Positions 12,156 to 23,869 of a stretch of DNA of 64,000 nt are shown here, in pieces. How positions within the stretch are numbered: the stretch's first letter is position 1; each line of letters starts with the position of its first letter. Origin of the DNA: Lophium mytilinum (taxonomy: Eukaryota); the NCBI GenBank assembly GCA_010093605.1, contig MU004181.1, positions 2,666,001 through 2,730,000 on the forward strand, in the 5' to 3' direction. The notes beneath the pieces were generated by a model. That model was not told the origin of the DNA, ran no database searches, and saw only the letters and a list, made by a program, of their open reading frames with translations. Both the position numbers and the translations under genes were made by a program.

Positions 12156-14136
12156 TCACTCGTCTGCATCCAGATTCCTCACCGCCGGCCTCGCAGGATC
12201 CCATCCTTTTTTCTTTGCATACTTGGCATTAATCACTTCAACGGGATCCATCTTCTCCAACTCCAGCACCGGCAGATAATTGCCCTTTAGCCTAGGCACA
12301 TCACCACCATCAAACACCCTCGCACTCGGCGTCCGATGCGCTGTGATCCCCACCCCAGCATCTTCAAGCCCTTGCTGAATACCGAGCGTCGGGTTCCCCT
12401 GCAAAGCCACAATCTCCAGCAACTGCCCAGCCAGCACCTCATCGATCTTGCGCTTGTGCCACACTTCCCATATATCGTCCATGATACCGCCTCGCCCCCA
12501 TTTGCCCTTTGCTGGTATCCTCTTCTTCTCGCTTCTTTCTTCCATCTCGCCCTTCTCACCAACGTAGATCCAGTTTAGCGAGTCCTCATATCCTTTCTCC
12601 CTAACATTCGAGTCTTCGGCGTCTTCCGCTTTAGGAAAGACACAATCCCACAGCACTAACGGCGCATCATCTGCCATCAAATACTTCGGCTTGCACGGAT
12701 TGGCAGCGACGTCCAGCAGCTGGCTGACTATCTCCGGGTTCTCGAACCCCTGGCCGACAAGGAATATGATCGCAACTAGCGAGCGTACTTGATGCCAAAG
12801 AAACGCAGACCCGTGTACCACGAATGCATACAGCTTCGGTTCCGGGCCTGCTGCCGACGATGACGAAGGAGGCAGCAGCGCAGGATGCGCCAGAAACCCG
12901 GGCTGGTCCACCTTCGCCACCTCCTCGATGTCTGCATGAAAGATTCTTCGCCGAAAATCTGTCAGCTGCTTGCTCGGATCCTGCTTGCAGAAATTCCGGA
13001 AATCGTGTAGGCCGACGAGGCGCTGGCACGCTTCCCGCATCGCGTCGATGTCTAACCACCCTTCTCTCGAGGCAGGCGCATTGGGATTCGAGGGCGTGAG
13101 ATACGACCCCGCGGCGCCGGGGACGGGCGCAAAGCACGGGTTCGTGAAGAAGTACTTATAGCGGCGCTCCTTGCAAGAGAAGCGCGCGGAGAAGTCTGGT
13201 GGTGGGTTGGGGCACCAAGCCAGAACGCGGATGTCGTTGGGAAGAACGCGGTTGAGAACTTGCACGTAGGGGAATTCATCGGCGATGGGGTCAAATGCGG
13301 GTTCTTGGATTCCTTGCTCTGGTGACTGCACTCCGTCGTTGGCCTTTGGCGTAGCTTCGGTGTCTGCTGCGGAGGAACTCCTGGTCTCCTGCGCCTGAGA
13401 CCGTGGAGCTCGCTGGTTGCTCCGTACGCGTATGCCTATGACCTGCCCGAACGCGCTCACGCCCCTATCCGTCCGGCCGCATTTTGAGTACTCGCATCCT
13501 TCCCAATTGACCTGCGCCTCTTCTCTTAGCTTCCTCCGTGGTCTCGAAGGGGTTTCCTCTGGTAAATCTAGAGGCGCTCTTTCCGGTGGAAATATCAATT
13601 TGGTCTTGACCAATGCCTTCCATAGCTCCTCTTCTATTGTAGGTAGCGGTGTGGGATTGTTCGCATGATGCTCGAAGCCATTGTAGGCCTGGCCTAGATA
13701 CGCAAATTTGAGAGCTATGAGGCGCGTATTGTATTTGGATGGGTCGAACACTTTGGGCGGAGGCTTAGGATCGGTATTCTGGGGTTTTGGAGGAGACTCA
13801 GCGGCTGCAATGGGACGTTCATTGGCGAAAGTGGTAGGCTGTTGGGCTAATTTTGGAGCATATCTGAGATAGAATCAGAATGACGCCGATTCGAAGTTCA
13901 AGAGCGTAAACATACCTCGCGTTCTGCTCCCTCAGCTTGTTCTCGAGTTCCGTGACGCGTTGGATAAGCTCCGGAGCGCTCCAAGCTGAATAATCTACAA
14001 GTTTCTGCTCGTCATCCATCATGAAGTGCACCTTTTTTATGCTAGAAGATATCCAACGCTGTGAAAAACGGGACGAAAAGCTAGCATTGACAGTAGCTTG
14101 AAGTAAGTATCTTCGACTTGATAGGCTGCATGCCAT
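12156..14136 (-). CDS. PUS3: tRNA pseudouridine(38/39) synthase, TruA family; intron 13864-13915; alternative starts at 14136 or 14022/14019
   Basis: Motifs LKFAYLGQAYNG, catalytic CGRTDRGVSA, FSARFSC, HDFRNFCK, GSAFLWHQVR; N-terminal DYSAWSAPELIQRVTELE segment typical of Deg1/Pus3. Confidence 0.93.
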
Positions 14137-14866
14137 CAACCCTGATTATCGAGTTCCCACGCGTGAAAAGCATTCGCGAAGACCCTGAACGGTCTAAATT
14201 TCGTGTCATTCGCGCCAAGATCTTTGCACGTGACAGTACCTAGATCAAAAGAGGCAGGTCTCGGCACATTTTGGCAGGCCTGGAAGTGTCGAGCACAGAG
14301 GTGGGACAGAGCAGTTTATAGATTTTCTTCCCGACATAGGCTAAGCGAGACGATAACTAAGTATCACGTGATCCTGGATATCTTGGTTTGGCGTGCTGCT
14401 CTTCGTAACTACAACTAAATCCACCCCTTTCAATTTGTCCTCTTTTCTTGTTTTATGGGCTCGAATTCATCGATCGCTTGTCTGTAATACGTTTCCACTT
14501 TCCGAGACTCAGCAGCAGGTGCTCCATTGTACTGTATAGAACTACCATCCTTCTATCCGTGTCATGGTTTCCCTTATGGGAACATCAAACTCAAATCCTG
14601 GAGGATCATGTGCAATCGAATTTGTAGCAAATGGACCTGCGGCATTTTCGACAAGACTCATGATGTTCTTGGATTACCGTGATGAAACCTGTGCTATATT
14701 GATATCACTACAAATCTTCGGATTAGGTTACCAGGGCTACATCCGATATGCCGCTCCCCGTTGAGCATGACAGGAACAACTGCTTCACTAGGCTTGTGTA
14801 TCTTCACCCTAGGTATATAGCGTACCGCGCCTCAATCTTTTCATCTCCAAAAGCAACTCAGAAACC

Positions 14867-15526
14867 ATGTTCGTCCTTTTCATCCTTGTCATCCTCGCAG
14901 CAGCCTGCCTCGCAGACCCTCGTCTCTACCAACGAGACGATCCTCCTCCCACTCCAACAGCAACATTCACTAGCTCCGCCAATGCAGCCGTCACTGTCGT
15001 CCCAGCCATCCCCTCTCCCACCCAACCTGGCTTAACCGGCTCTTGTATGCCTGCCCCAAGCCGCCCTCTGTCCCGCATCCGCGCATCCACTCCTGACTAA
15101 TACCCTACCGCAGGCATTTCCTTCTACAAAGTCCAAACCTCTGACACCTGCCTCTCCATCGCGGCCCGCAACGACATCAGCTTTGCAGAGTTCTACTTCT
15201 GGAATCCTTCCGTGGGGGTAGACTGCAGTGGCATTGTTGCCGGATACTGGGTCTGCGTTGCCGTAGATACTGAGACGCCACCATCTACCACCCCTACACC
15301 AACGCCAACTGTTGTTCCTGCGCCGGCACCGACACAGCCTGGTCTGATTGCAAGTTGTAATAGTTTCTACAAGGTTGCGCGGAACGATACGTGCATAAGC
15401 ATTGTAGCGAACTTTGGGAATAAGTTCACGGTTGAGGCGTTTGAGGCGTGGAATCCGTCGGTTGGCGCGGATTGCACGAATATGTGGTTCGACTATTGGG
15501 TTTGTGTAGGTGTGGCTGGGGGCTGA
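14867..15526 (+). CDS. Secreted LysM (CBM50) protein with two Cys-containing LysM domains; intron 15045-15113
   Basis: Signal peptide MFVLFILVILAAACLA; two units of the form PTQPGL..C..FYKV...DTC..I...F..WNPSVG.DC......YWVCV joined by a Pro/Thr linker. Confidence 0.92.
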
Positions 15527-15654
15527 GATTGTACTTTACATAGTACTGAGCAGTGAATTGGCCGAGAATAGTGTTCCTTTTCTGCGTGCACTAGGACCAG
15601 GTAGAGGCGAACTGCACATCATATCACAATGAAGCTTCGTCAAGTAATTGTGTT

Positions 15655-16531
15655 TTATGACATTGATTTGGACCGGGGCTCGTATAGGCACGATTTAGCA
15701 CCTCTCCATACTTCTTCGAGAATCTGCCGTCTTGGTAGGAGAGTCTGTGGTGATTGTCAGGATCTCGTTCATCGAAAGTTTCTTGTCGCGTGGTGTACGT
15801 ACGGGAAATACGACGACTACATCCTCCTCTCCTTCGACGACAATGGCAAGATAGAATCTAACCTCAAATCCCTTGAAGGCCTCGTGGATGAATATGTCTT
15901 GAATCGAAGTCGTGGGTATGAACCGAGTGGTAGCCGTAGATAAGTATGTCGGCGAAGACGTCGAAGTCTGGATCCCCAATCCTCTTAAGACAAGTAGTGA
16001 TTCTTCTAAACACGAAGCGATGTCAGCAGTGTCATTGCAATTCATGGCTTGCAAACGGCAAATATGGGTAGAAGAAACAGGTTGCTTCAAGGGTTTCCCA
16101 CATGGATCGGAAAAATGCCGCATACCAGTATATCCCCTTCGAAAAACACCCCACAGCACAGCAAGTGCACCTGGAACGAGCCAAATCCACGGTATTCTCT
16201 GTACTAGTCCATTCGCACCTACGCCCAAGCTGCTGTCCAAGACCCACGCATCTAGCACTGGAGGGTGTATTATAGCCCCTCCGATTGTGTCACTAGGAAG
16301 CTTCGCCCAAAGAAGCCCTAAAGCCAGTACTCCTAGGAATATTCGCAGGAGGAGGGATAACAAGGAGAAGAGACGCGCGGCAAGGGTACGCGGAATCGGG
16401 CGCGTCGATACGGAGAAAGATACTGTTGTCGAAGTGGGACGGTAAGTCGTGAGGGTCTGCTGTGGTGGCGAGGTGAAGTGTGCGAGTATGGTGAGAGGAT
16501 CGAGGGTAAGGAGGGCGGATAGGGTGGGCAT
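15655..16531 (-). CDS. GPI15: GPI-GlcNAc transferase subunit PIG-H; introns 16006-16125 and 15745-15802
   Basis: Two hydrophobic segments followed by EESLLVLRGLGIQTS...RFIPTTSIQDIFIHEAFKGFEVRFYLAIVV...VVFP/TLLPRRQILEEVW. Confidence 0.9.
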
Positions 16532-16796
16532 TGCGGAGGATTCGAGGGTATTGAGAGGTTCAAAGACGCGGTACGAAGAGCAACAAATGAGTGAAGTCAC
16601 TCATGATATTTGAAGGTGTCAGGGTAGCTAGTGATCACGATTGCGGGGGCCTGCAATAGATCTGGAGAGTGGTGTGGTGTTGATGGACGCTCGTCCTAAA
16701 CATTCAGCCCTAAAGGTGGCCCAAGCTCCAGATTTCACTGCAGCTATAACTCAACCTCGTCTTTAAAACTCCAAATCTAACCCTCACCTCTCCAAG

Positions 16797-17528
16797 ATGT
16801 CTCCATCGACTCCACCCGCTACCTCCACCGTAGCTCCTATCGCAAAGGCCAAGTCACGCTCCCGCTCACCACCTCCACCCCGCAAATCCACCTCTCCCCC
16901 ACCCCGACGCCGCTCTCGCAGCCCACCCCGCCGCCCACGCAACAACAACAACGCCTCGGGCTTCCGCTGGAAGCAAGCCCGCCGCGATGACGATGACACC
17001 CGTAGCGACGACCGGCAGCTAAACCGCGGCTATCGCCAAGAGCGCAACGAGAGGGACGGGCGGGACGGAGGGCGGCGAGACGATAGAGGCGGAGACAGAG
17101 GCGGAGACAGAGACCGGGAACGATTTGGGGGACGGCGAGACGAGCGGGATCGGGATGGCAACAGGGACAGGAACGTCCACAGCGACAGGCGACGGGACGA
17201 CCGCCCCCACCGCGAGCGCGACCCAGAGCGCCCCTCCAAGTCGAAGGAGAAGAAGGAGAAGCCCGCGCCCGTAGCAGTAGGCGGCGGCGAGCCCATGATC
17301 ATTGTGACGGTCAATGACCGGCTGGGTACGAAGGCGCAGATCCCGTGTCTCGCGTCCGACCCCGTGCGCGTGTTCAAGGCGATGGTGGCGGCGCGGATTG
17401 GGCGGCCAGCGCATGAGATTATGTTGAAGAGGCAGGGGGAGAGGCCTTTCAAGGATCAGTTGACGCTCGAGGATTATGGGGTTAGCAATGGGGTGCAGTT
17501 GGATTTGGAGCTGGATACGGGGGATTAG
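16797..17528 (+). CDS. HUB1: Hub1/UBL5 ubiquitin-like splicing modifier with an N-terminal RS/RD-rich extension of about 165 aa
   Basis: C-terminal MIIVTVNDRLGTKAQIPCLASD...FK...IG...FKDQLTLEDYGV matches the Hub1 signature; intronless ORF. Confidence 0.88.
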   Translation: MSPSTPPATSTVAPIAKAKSRSRSPPPPRKSTSPPPRRRSRSPPRRPRNNNNASGFRWKQARRDDDDTRSDDRQLNRGYRQERNERDGRDGGRRDDRGGDRGGDRDRERFGGRRDERDRDGNRDRNVHSDRRRDDRPHRERDPERPSKSKEKKEKPAPVAVGGGEPMIIVTVNDRLGTKAQIPCLASDPVRVFKAMVAARIGRPAHEIMLKRQGERPFKDQLTLEDYGVSNGVQLDLELDTGD

Positions 17529-18182
17529 GGGCTGGTGATGGAAACGTAGGGATGGGGAGAGCGAGGGGGTTCGGGGATGCATGCTGCGACTTGCACGTCT
17601 TTCAGAGTGGAAGGCAGGGCTTGGAGATTCCTACTGGAGATTCTCGAGCTGGTTGAATCGACGAGTATGCGGCTTAGGAGGGTGGGACTCTTGAGATGTT
17701 CCAACGTTGCCCCAATACTGCATGGAGCATCAATCTGCACAATACCAAAATTCTCATTACGAAAGTTACTTAAGAAACACACAATCATCAAAAGTCATCC
17801 GTATGGATCATCTCCGTTGATTTTGATTATCTTCTGCCTATGCTTCATATTCAGCAAACACCACGCCTCGCACGTGCTGGACACCTTGCGAGTAGCCCCT
17901 CGTACATATTTCCCATTTTGAACGTGCAAGACTCGCCCAAACATGCAGTATCCTTGTAGTCACGAATGCACTTATAAAAGCCCCCAAATATTACCAAATC
18001 CACTGAGATAAAGACGAACACCGTTGCCAAACGCCGGCCCATCAAAAGGAGAGAAATCTGAATGAGTGAAATGTGGGTCTCAGCCAGATTACCAGGTTCC
18101 GAGAAATTGATTCCGGCCCCCGAATACAAGGAGCGGGAACGGTTGTTCCCGATTTATGCAAGTGACAATAATGTGGACACGA

Positions 18183-21100
18183 TCAAACTCCACTAGCAAG
18201 TAGCGATTCGACGGCATGGCTGATGAATGCACGTTTCGGGGTCAGATCCACATTGAATCTAGTTTAAGTGTTAGTAAACTAATACGAGACTAAGGACTAA
18301 TGGAAAGACTTACCTCCGCTCCAGCTCATTCTTTACATATTTCTTTGTAACCTGCATCAGGTCCGCGTTGGATAGGATTACCCGGATCTCTGCGAGAATC
18401 AGGTCGTCCGCCGGGAGATTCAGATCCGCCATCTCCATATCCGAATACCCAAGCCCGCTAGGTGCAAGGCTCATTCGCGAATTGTTTCCAAACCTCGGCA
18501 GGTCTAGTTGCGACATTGGCCTCGACGGCGGGTACCCGTAGTCTGAACCAGCAACCGAGCCAGGACCCGGCATGAAGCGCTTCGTGCCATAAGAGATACC
18601 GGACACCTGCGATGCGTCGTCACGCATAGTGTGCGCTTCCCACAGATCGGCCTGATATTCTTCCCACTTTTTGTGAGGAATCGAGGTGGGGTCGAACTTG
18701 CCCTCGTCAGTGATGACTATCTTCTGGCCCTTCTCACCAGTGACAACACGGGTGTTGCCCCAAGAGAAATCGTCCATGTGCCAGAAAGCGTAAAGGGGAA
18801 GACCACAGGCGAAAACCGGTGTTGCGAGGACGTAGATGAGCATCCAGCCTACCATCTCCCATTTACGTCGTATGATGAAAATGATAGCTTGTAGACCGTA
18901 GATAGCGCCGAGCAGGATGAAGGCTGTAACAGGAATGACGTCTGGATTGTGGATTACCAAATAGATGAGGTAAGCGATGTAACCAACAATAACAGGCTGG
19001 ACAATGGTGGACAGAAGATCGATGAAGACAATGAAGCGCATACTGAAACAACAGAATCCGCAAAGCTGTTGCAAGGGGATAAGTTCGATGAGGTTGTGCA
19101 CAGTCGAGTTGATCCAGCGACGACGCTGAGACATGAATACGGTCCAGCTATCCGGAGCCACGGTCCAAGCATGTGCTCGGAAGAGGTACTTTGTCTTGTA
19201 CTTGGAGTGGTGTTTGAGAAGCAGAGTCGTAAGATATCGGTCCTCGCCAAGATGCAACAGATTCTTCATGTGAAGGGTGTCGACACGAATCTCCGAATAC
19301 GCCTCGACGACTTCCTTGCTAACGAAGAGGGGTTTTCCGGTTTCGGCGGCGCGGATCCGATACATAGTAAAACAACCTGGAAGACAAGTGACGGACCCAA
19401 ACAGACTCTCGAAAGCCTTGGTGAGATTGTGAGAGATATAGTATTCATAGACCTGCATCATGGTGACCAGGGACGATTTGGCATTGGTGAGAGATGTTTC
19501 ACCACATATGCCAATCAGCCGAGTATCGTGAAGGAATGACGCCACGAATCGAGTGGCCGAATCGGGCGCCACCACGGTATCAGCATCAATCTGAAGCAGG
19601 AACTCATAGAATGTGGGGTTGACTCCGATGATGTTGCGGATTTGATGGTGCATTTCGAGCTCCATGGGCGTCATGGGAAGATTGTAGTGGACTCGGTTCA
19701 AGAAGCGCATCAAAAGCATCTGAGAATCACGCTTGCCACGATTTCCAGGTTTGGATACTTCGGAAGGCTTTCCGACCTTGACGACAACCAGGAAAGGTAC
19801 AATGTGTCCCTGGACTTCGTATAGGCCGGAGTAGATTTTACCCATGTTGTGCTGTTTCATACCTTCACCTAAACTCTCGAAGCTGAGGGGTTCCGGGTCC
19901 ATGGTTTCAGAAACACCAAGAATGTCCAACACGATGCGGGGAGTTGGCTTGTCGTTGCCTTGACCAATAATCATTCCATCGCAAATAATGACTAGAAGTT
20001 TGCGCTTGTCGTCATACTTCATCCTGGCGGCTGAATCGATAGCACGACGTAGCGAGTCCTCGTCTTCGGTATATGCTGGGACAGTACAGATGATGAATTT
20101 GTCAAGATTTTCCGGCACATTCTTCTTTCCGAATTGAAGAGCTGCCAGAAATTTGAATCCGATAACACTGACGAGGAGAATCGAGATGGAAAGGAGAAGG
20201 TACTTTGCAAAGAGGCATTTGGCAGAGCTTCGCGTGTCCAGGTCTCCGACATAGAATAGGTTATCCAGGCACACCTTCATCCTGTTCTTTTCATCGACTG
20301 GCAGATCCATTGCTTCCCAGAGCTTCGTGACGTCGTTACCCGACCGCTGCTGGAACAGATCGATAACGGGCTGCGACATGAAATTGGTATCGACGTTGTG
20401 GGTGGCTTTACCAACGGGGAACTCAGCTCTACGACCTCCTGGGATGTACGAAGTGAAATCGTAGACCTTGTTATACATGTAAGCGATGGAGTTTCCCTTC
20501 TTCGATAGAGTTTTCAGGTACGTAGGACTGAAACCAACTCTGCCCTTCATGTAGTTTGACTTTAGATATATCTGTTGCTCATACCACCAGTCCGGGCGAG
20601 AATCGTTGGTGGCCCATCGAAAGTCATGGTATTTTCCGTTGTTGTCAGTTGTGCTGATGAGGTTGTTAGAGTTTGTGTAGTTGTTGTTCTTATAGTTCAG
20701 TTGCACAGCTGGATCTATTGTGCCATCGGCGCCGTCGCAGAGAGCAGAAACCTGGACAGGGAAGAGATTGGTCGCGTCGGTACCAGCGTACTTCTTGAGA
20801 CTGGACTGTGGGATGATTGATGGATAGTGGTGAGGCATAAATGCTCCGAGATCGTAGACAATACCACGCATAGCGATATAGGAGCTGTGGCCACCTTTCC
20901 CGTTGTATGATGTGAGTTCCGAGGTTGAATACACGTGCTGAGTCGGACAGATCAGTTCGGGAAAACCAATCATAAAGAACACAACCAGAGCACAACTGAG
21001 CCAGATAAGAAAGTTGATGGCAACCTTCTCGCGCCATGCAGTTCGGACATCGGGGCGCTTCATCCTGCCAATCCACTTGACGAGGATGTCGGGGATCCAC

Positions 21101-23869
21101 CAGGTCAATAACCAGACAACGAACATCCAGCGCTTGCGGCTACCAGATGTTGGGACCACATCGACTTCTTCGAGCTCTTTGTCTTGCACTTTTTCATCTA
21201 TTTCTTTCCGGGTTTCGAGATCACGGAACATGTCGCCGCCATTTGTGATCCCGGATGGCGCTTCCGATCGAGCATCAACGTCGTGACTACCAAAGTAGTT
21301 TCCACCTTTGTCGTCGTGATAAAAAGCGCCGGGCGAGTTGGCGTTCGAGTTCAAGAGACGGACTCGAGAGTCACCAAATCCTCTAGCAGCATCTCCTGGA
21401 GTAAGGAGGCCCTCTCCGTCGTCAGTCGATACCGCACGTGCAGGTAAGGTAATGTCATCGATATTAGCGATTTCCAGCCAGCATCTCTCGCTCAAGAAAA
21501 CGCCTGTGGATCCTGCCCTGGCTTCATTGTCGCGCCATGGCTTGGAGTCTAGGATCATCTCAGCTCTTTCACGCTCGCTGCCTACTACTGTGTCACCTTC
21601 GGTGAACCCGAGGAACTCAGCAAACGGAAGGAAGACGCTGAAGTCGGCGTTTCGTAGTCGCTGACTTATTTCGGCGATACCTAGCGTTTGGACTTGGGTT
21701 CGTACACATTTACTGTCAAATTGATTCGCGATTCGGCGGTCGTTTGGCTTCAAGCAAAAAACGAAATAGGAGTTGACTCCACTGGCACCGAGTGACTTCG
21801 TGATGTTGTTGAGGGAGGACAAGAACTGCGCGGCGGCGCCTTGTTGTTTGCCGGCAGTCTCTCCGCCTTTCGGATTGCTGATAATGCTCTTCGAATCATG
21901 GTCCGACGTTTCTTCGTCAAATGGCAACGCTTTTCGTGTATTCCGTCGTTCTGGTCGACCGCCTTTTCGCGCTGCCATGCTAGGCTTCCTCATAGGTTTA
22001 GAGCTAACAGATGCTTGCACGATCGCAGACTTTTCCTTTGGATGGGTGACCGTCTTAAGAGCATCCTGGCCGAACAGCGTACGGACGAAGTCAGTCTGGG
22101 TGGAATTGATGAGGTTCATCAAATCTCCAGAAATAACTTCTCCGTTTTCCTCGAGCAATCCTTCTATCGAGTAATCAACATCTCCAGCGAAGTGTCGTAC
22201 TGTGAAACTCGCGGCGTTATTCTTGGTAGGGAAGTTACTGCCTGGTAGGACGGCTGTGAGGCTGCCTGCAACAATGGACTTATTTTTCCCGTCGAAACGC
22301 TTGTGGAGCGACTCCAGGAATGACACATCCGTTTTGCCGCGGCGCATCTGGTCATCCAAGATGCCAAGTAAGCCGTTTCCGGGCTTGAGCAATCCTCTGA
22401 CCGTTTCCGTGTTGTCGAAGTATTCAGTCATCGGGACGTTAATATCTTCCGCTTCCATATCTTCGGCCTTGCGTCCAAAGAAGCTCTGTAAACAGAAATT
22501 GAAGTGCGACTCGGCAGCGGCGTTGTTAAGGAGTTGATCCAGGGTTGATCCGGTGGCGGATACTTGGGCGAAGCCAGGGAAATCGACAATGGATACGGTG
22601 TTGGCAACAGTTTCCTCCACGGCGCAGGTCCTCAAATTGATTTGTTCGATGACATAGGCGACAAGCAAAGAGTACAGCGTTCGGGCGAGCTCGTCGGCGT
22701 TACTGCGTGCACCGCGGGGGTCGAGCATGACAGTTACACGCTCCCGATACAGAGTCTTCGTCTTATATCCAAGACTTTGCTCCAGAGCTTGCGCGCTTAC
22801 GCCGAGGAATGCAGCTACTAGATTCAACGTGTCCTTGTTCTTAACGGTGGTGACATCCTCTCCTCCCTCATGCGAGTAGCCGCCGCTGTCCCCACCAGCA
22901 GGCGTTGTAGATTGACTCTTGACGAATTCCAATTGTCCGATGTGAAGGATACTGGCCAAGACTTGACAAATCTCAGCAATTTCCATACGGCCAAATTCAA
23001 GTTTCCTCAGCGCTGTTTTGAAGTGGTGAAATCCTCCATGGTCGTCAATGCCCACTTTCAGCTGGGTCGGGTGGCCGAGATATCGCCAACGCTTCTGTCC
23101 ACCAGTCATGGACGATCTGGTGCCCGCTTCGGTCGCTACACTTCCACCGGAGTCAAGCCCCAGGTGAGCCTTTTCAGCGGCGCTGGTTCCGGCAAGAAGA
23201 TAGTAGAGGATGTGGAAGTTTCGCTCTCCCGTGGGAACCGAAGCGACACGACTCCTCTCAAGTCTGTGGTCCATGATCTTCCCGCCGAGCAATGTGGGAC
23301 GCATAGAGGTGGATGTTTCATATTGCAGTTCGAATAGGAGACCTGATTTCGAGGCCCGTGGGGTTGTGAGCGATTTGGTAGTTGTGAGGGTATCGAAGAC
23401 AAAAGCAGCATACGACAACTTGCTCGACAGAGGCGTCGAGGAATAGTTGAGCAACGCTGTAAGAAGATGAGCGCGGACGGTAGTCTTGCCAGCACCTGAT
23501 TCACCACTAATTGGTTGTCAGCTTTCGCAGGGGCAAAGTTGACCAATTACACTATACTCACAGGAAAACGACAGCTTGGCTTTCAGAACGATGACCCAGC
23601 CGAGTCCATGCCCGGAGAGCAAGTTCTTCAGCCGCGGCCATTGCACTGCCCTCCTTCGCTCCATCTGGGCCCAGTGACGAGTCTGTGTAGGTATTCAGGG
23701 CGATTATGGCGTGCGACGAAAGATTGGCGACGGGTAGATGTGCATGGAAGCGGCTCGCAAGGTGGGCCGTCAAGTGGGTGTCGGATTGTAGATGTGGTGG
23801 GAGTGCGGGCAGCGAAGGCTGCGCATATTGAGGCATGTTGCCGCCCGTTAGGGGCTGCTGGTGTGCCAT
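18183..23869 (-). CDS. csmA: Class V chitin synthase with myosin motor domain (CsmA/ChsV type); introns 23507-23561 and 18259-18313
   Basis: P-loop GESGAGKT after splicing, [13 protein letters not shown], cytochrome-b5-like region, GEDRYLT, QRRRW, C-terminal DEK_C-like segment. Confidence 0.96.
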
